This document shows positions 61,367-64,000 of a stretch of 64,000 nt of DNA, one piece after another (the first letter of the stretch is position 1; each line of letters begins with the position of its first letter). The DNA is from Glycera tridactyla (lineage: Eukaryota). The notes below the pieces were generated by a model. The model saw only the letters and a list, made by a program, of their open reading frames with translations. It had not been told where the DNA came from and did no database searches. The position numbers were made by a program, and so were the translations under genes. Where the stretch lies: contig OZ286462.1 of NCBI GenBank assembly GCA_965644265.1, forward strand, positions 51,274,001-51,338,000, read 5' to 3'.

Positions 61367-61915
61367 TATTGCCCCATCTCATTAGAGAACCTGTCACCTT
61401 CAGGCGTGGAGCTGGGTTTGATCTTATCATTGGATCGTGAGATATGGAGGAACCCTCCTCAGGATCTGTGAGTCAGTGTAATTTTCGAGGACAATATGGG
61501 CCTTATTGAAAATTGAATAGCTCCTTATGTTACATGATTACCCTAAAACATCTGGGAAATCAGTGCTCATGTGTTTCCTCTATCAGGGAGAGCCCAATAT
61601 AACTCAAAAGAAAAGACCCTTCCACTATATAGACGATTTCTTGATTCATCAGCAAATCACAGATTTGGTGATGATCAATTCCATTTCAGAATTTATTTGT
61701 GCCAAATTCAGTAGTTGTGTGTCAGCAATGGTGTCATACTACACTTGGATAAATATGAATTATAAAACATTTGATGCAGTGACCATAGGGTTGATTTCTC
61801 AGGGATGAAAGCATGTGATTTATCATGAATTTTTGTCTATTTCTCATGTATGGGACTTGTCTCCACTATACAATCTGAAGTAGGCATATTCATCTTTGTA
61901 GATTTCAAATAACAG

Positions 61916-62005
61916 GTGTGCTGTATTGAGGAGGTGGAGTGGGCGTCAAGTGTTTTGTTGAAGCTACAAAGCAACTGTGAAGTCTGTCAAGTTCAATCGT
62001 GGCAG
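61916..62005 (+). CDS. Candidate 90-nt symmetric (phase 0) exon VCCIEEVEWASSVLLKLQSNCEVCQVQSWQ
   Basis: tttcaaataacag| acceptor and GCAG|gtacgt donor. Only one frame is open. It could also be a UTR exon. Confidence 0.4.
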
Positions 62006-62458
62006 GTACGTTTTTCCGCCATATCATCGCAGATTGAAATGAGACTCGCATAGACTGTTGTTGACAACTCTGATCACTAGAAATTACTAGAAATGTTGTT
62101 CATTTCACCTTTGAATGCCAAATATGTTGATTTTACGCTTGTTTGAAGACAACAGTGGCAGTCTTATCTCATACAAATATCTGCAGAAAATGACGGCGGA
62201 TTCATAAAAAAATGCAATGAAATATTGGTGTAGTCCTTTTCAAAGACAAGCAGATTACCTGAAACCAGGTTTGATAATTGCCGGAGGGCCTATGTAATTT
62301 ATTCATGCAATAAAAATGGCAAATTTATCTTGTGAAACATACCCGCCACATTTGGATTTGATGGAGCTTAGAGGGAACAGACTGTTTTTTTGTACACAAT
62401 GTGAGACTATCGAAGCTGGAAAACTCAGAATTTATGGTAGAGCTATACAGAATGTGGT

Positions 62459-62890
62459 GATGTGGGCTCAAATGCATTCAGTAAGTTTATGACAAACGTG
62501 GCTAGTGAAATTTTTGTTTCCAAATTATTCGATATGTATGCACATCTTGTTCGTATAATGAGGAAATTATGAAAACAAATTGAAAATAAGGAATCTATTA
62601 TCACAAGTTAGTGGGATGGCTGGATAGAATGTTGTGGAATTGAATTTAAACTTACACAAACACAGAAAGTTCGAATTTCCAGAATTTGTTGAAAATCTAT
62701 AGAGATTGTTTAGATGTGGGCTCAAATGGATGCAGTAGGTTGATCCATAATGAAGGCAGTTGCTAGTGAAGTTGGTAGTAAATTTTTGTTTCCAAATTTG
62801 TTGATGGATAAACACATCTGTTTTTTTCAAGTTAAGGAAACTATGAAATCAAAGTGGAAAAAAAATGAATCTATTTTCTGATGTTGGCGA
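62459..62890. repeat. Diverged tandem duplication (~255-bp period), probably inside an old DNA transposon
   Basis: Both units share GATGTGGGCTCAAATG, GCTAGTGAA, AATTTTTGTTTCCAAATT, CACATCT, GGAAA.TATGAAA, GAATCTATT. Confidence 0.8.
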
Positions 62891-63570
62891 CATGTGGAAT
62901 TGAAAGTGGTTCTTGAGAGCGAGAGATGAAGGTGATTAGTCCCGTGACAAATGACGTAAGTTGATCCTAGAGGACCTTCCGTGATGCTTGACGACCATAT
63001 ATCATCCTGTCTCGCACGACGTCATTTTTACCTCGTTGCCGACTAGAGATGGCATGTCAGTGATGAGAAAAATCTCCACAACTCATCTCTGCTGGGTTTG
63101 AGACAATCTCCTGGGTGGCTGGAAACGGCCCATCCGAAAATAGCGTGTGTCGGAATGATTTGCATGCAATCCCCGGAGCTGTCGTCACAAATTCTCTGAT
63201 GAAACCATCAGTGTTGAGAGATCCTTATCTCCAGTTGACACTTCACTCATTTTTTCATGCTGTTAGTCAAATTACAACATGAAAAATATGAAGATATCTA
63301 TATAGAGAGGTATGAACAAATGGAATCTTCACCCATGGAAACATATTCATCTGTACACATGTGTGTACATGTGCGTGCTTGCATGTTCGTGAGTGTGTGC
63401 TGTGTAACTTTTCCACAAAATCGAATTGTGGCGTTGCTAGGAAGCAGCAATTATTGTATCTCATGATATCAAATCTCTATCCTACTTGTGAAATCTTGTG
63501 CAATCTGTATTGCCATAGAAATTGTGATATCCTTCAAAATGTTGATCAACCGAGATTCCTTTATGTTTCA

Positions 63571-63757
63571 CAGGCAAAATTCCCAACAAGAGACCAACCG
63601 TTTTCAATGACCACAATTTAGATATATTTTGTGGTTTGGCAAATGAAATATGGCTTTGAGAGATGAAAGCAGAATATAACTTTGACGAGCGACTCCCTTT
63701 TTCTAGAGGTTATTTTCTGATGAGATTGATACTAGTCTCTCATCACAGGTTTCACTG
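63571..63757 (+). mobile_element. Old degenerate MITE A-like copy
   Basis: Right TIR GTCTCTCATCACAGGTTTCACTG. Diverged left end with AAGAGACC. Confidence 0.5.
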
Positions 63758-63901
63758 TGTATCTGTATGAACTTGCTTGAATTACTGATGGCATGGTTGT
63801 GGGAGATAACAGTATCTAGAGGTCTTGGCAGTGTTTGAATCAAGTCGAGCCGGCCTCCCACCTGTAGATGTAATCAGTATCTCGTCCATTGTTTGCTCCC
63901 C

Positions 63902-63962
63902 GCCTCCTCTCCATCATCAGTTCTGCATCCCGACTCCTCTCCATCATCAATTCTGCATCCTC
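63902..63962. repeat. ~30-bp tandem duplication
   Basis: CTCCTCTCCATCATCA(G/A)TTCTGCATCC x2. Confidence 0.85.
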
Positions 63963-64000
63963 CTATCATTCTCCTCTTATCACATCATCCTATCATTGGG

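Noticed and set aside
591-63621. The ~200 short ORFs (60-180 aa) in the ORF track, including those spanning N runs and SSRs
   Set aside because: They have no recognisable domains, many use non-ATG starts, and many are translations of microsatellites, gaps or MITEs. This is what random AT-rich eukaryotic DNA would give.
1-64000. CRISPR arrays, rRNA, snRNA or prokaryotic operons
   Set aside because: No regularly spaced repeat-spacer array, no rRNA or snRNA signature and no dense coding were seen.

Overview
AT-rich eukaryotic (metazoan) genomic DNA, most likely from a marine invertebrate; the taxon is inferred from repeat types only. The window is mostly intronic or intergenic and has eight short N gaps beside microsatellites. 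The only securely identifiable long CDS is the intact ORF2 (APE endonuclease + reverse transcriptase, 5994-9080) of a young CR1-group non-LTR retrotransposon (about 4455-9345). This element has an unusual layout: a C-terminal ORF1 remnant; then a ~1.5 kb inter-ORF region with a housekeeping-type promoter motif set (2x Staf/ZNF143-like, CCAAT, YY1), a uORF, several RNA stem-loops (two tandem hairpins with a compensatory change) and a poly(C) tract; then an ORF2 beginning with a virus-like 2A StopGo peptide (GDIEKNPGP); and finally a 3' stem-loop with a (TAT)n tail. Other content includes about 17 copies of TA-flanked, CAGT-ended Tc1/mariner-type MITEs from at least three subfamilies, with full-length copies clustering near 177 bp. 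There are also other TIR elements, degenerate LINE relics, SSRs and local tandem duplications. A cluster of exact TGGTGGCGTGA motifs occurs at roughly 400 bp spacing in the first 2.8 kb. A recursive-splice-site-like AG|GTAAGT junction overlaps an RFX X-box and a good ATG, and a CpG-rich promoter-like island lies near 59.3 kb. Scattered candidate exons on both strands could not be assembled into a named gene. All alignments, translations outside the ORF track and RNA folds were done by eye.
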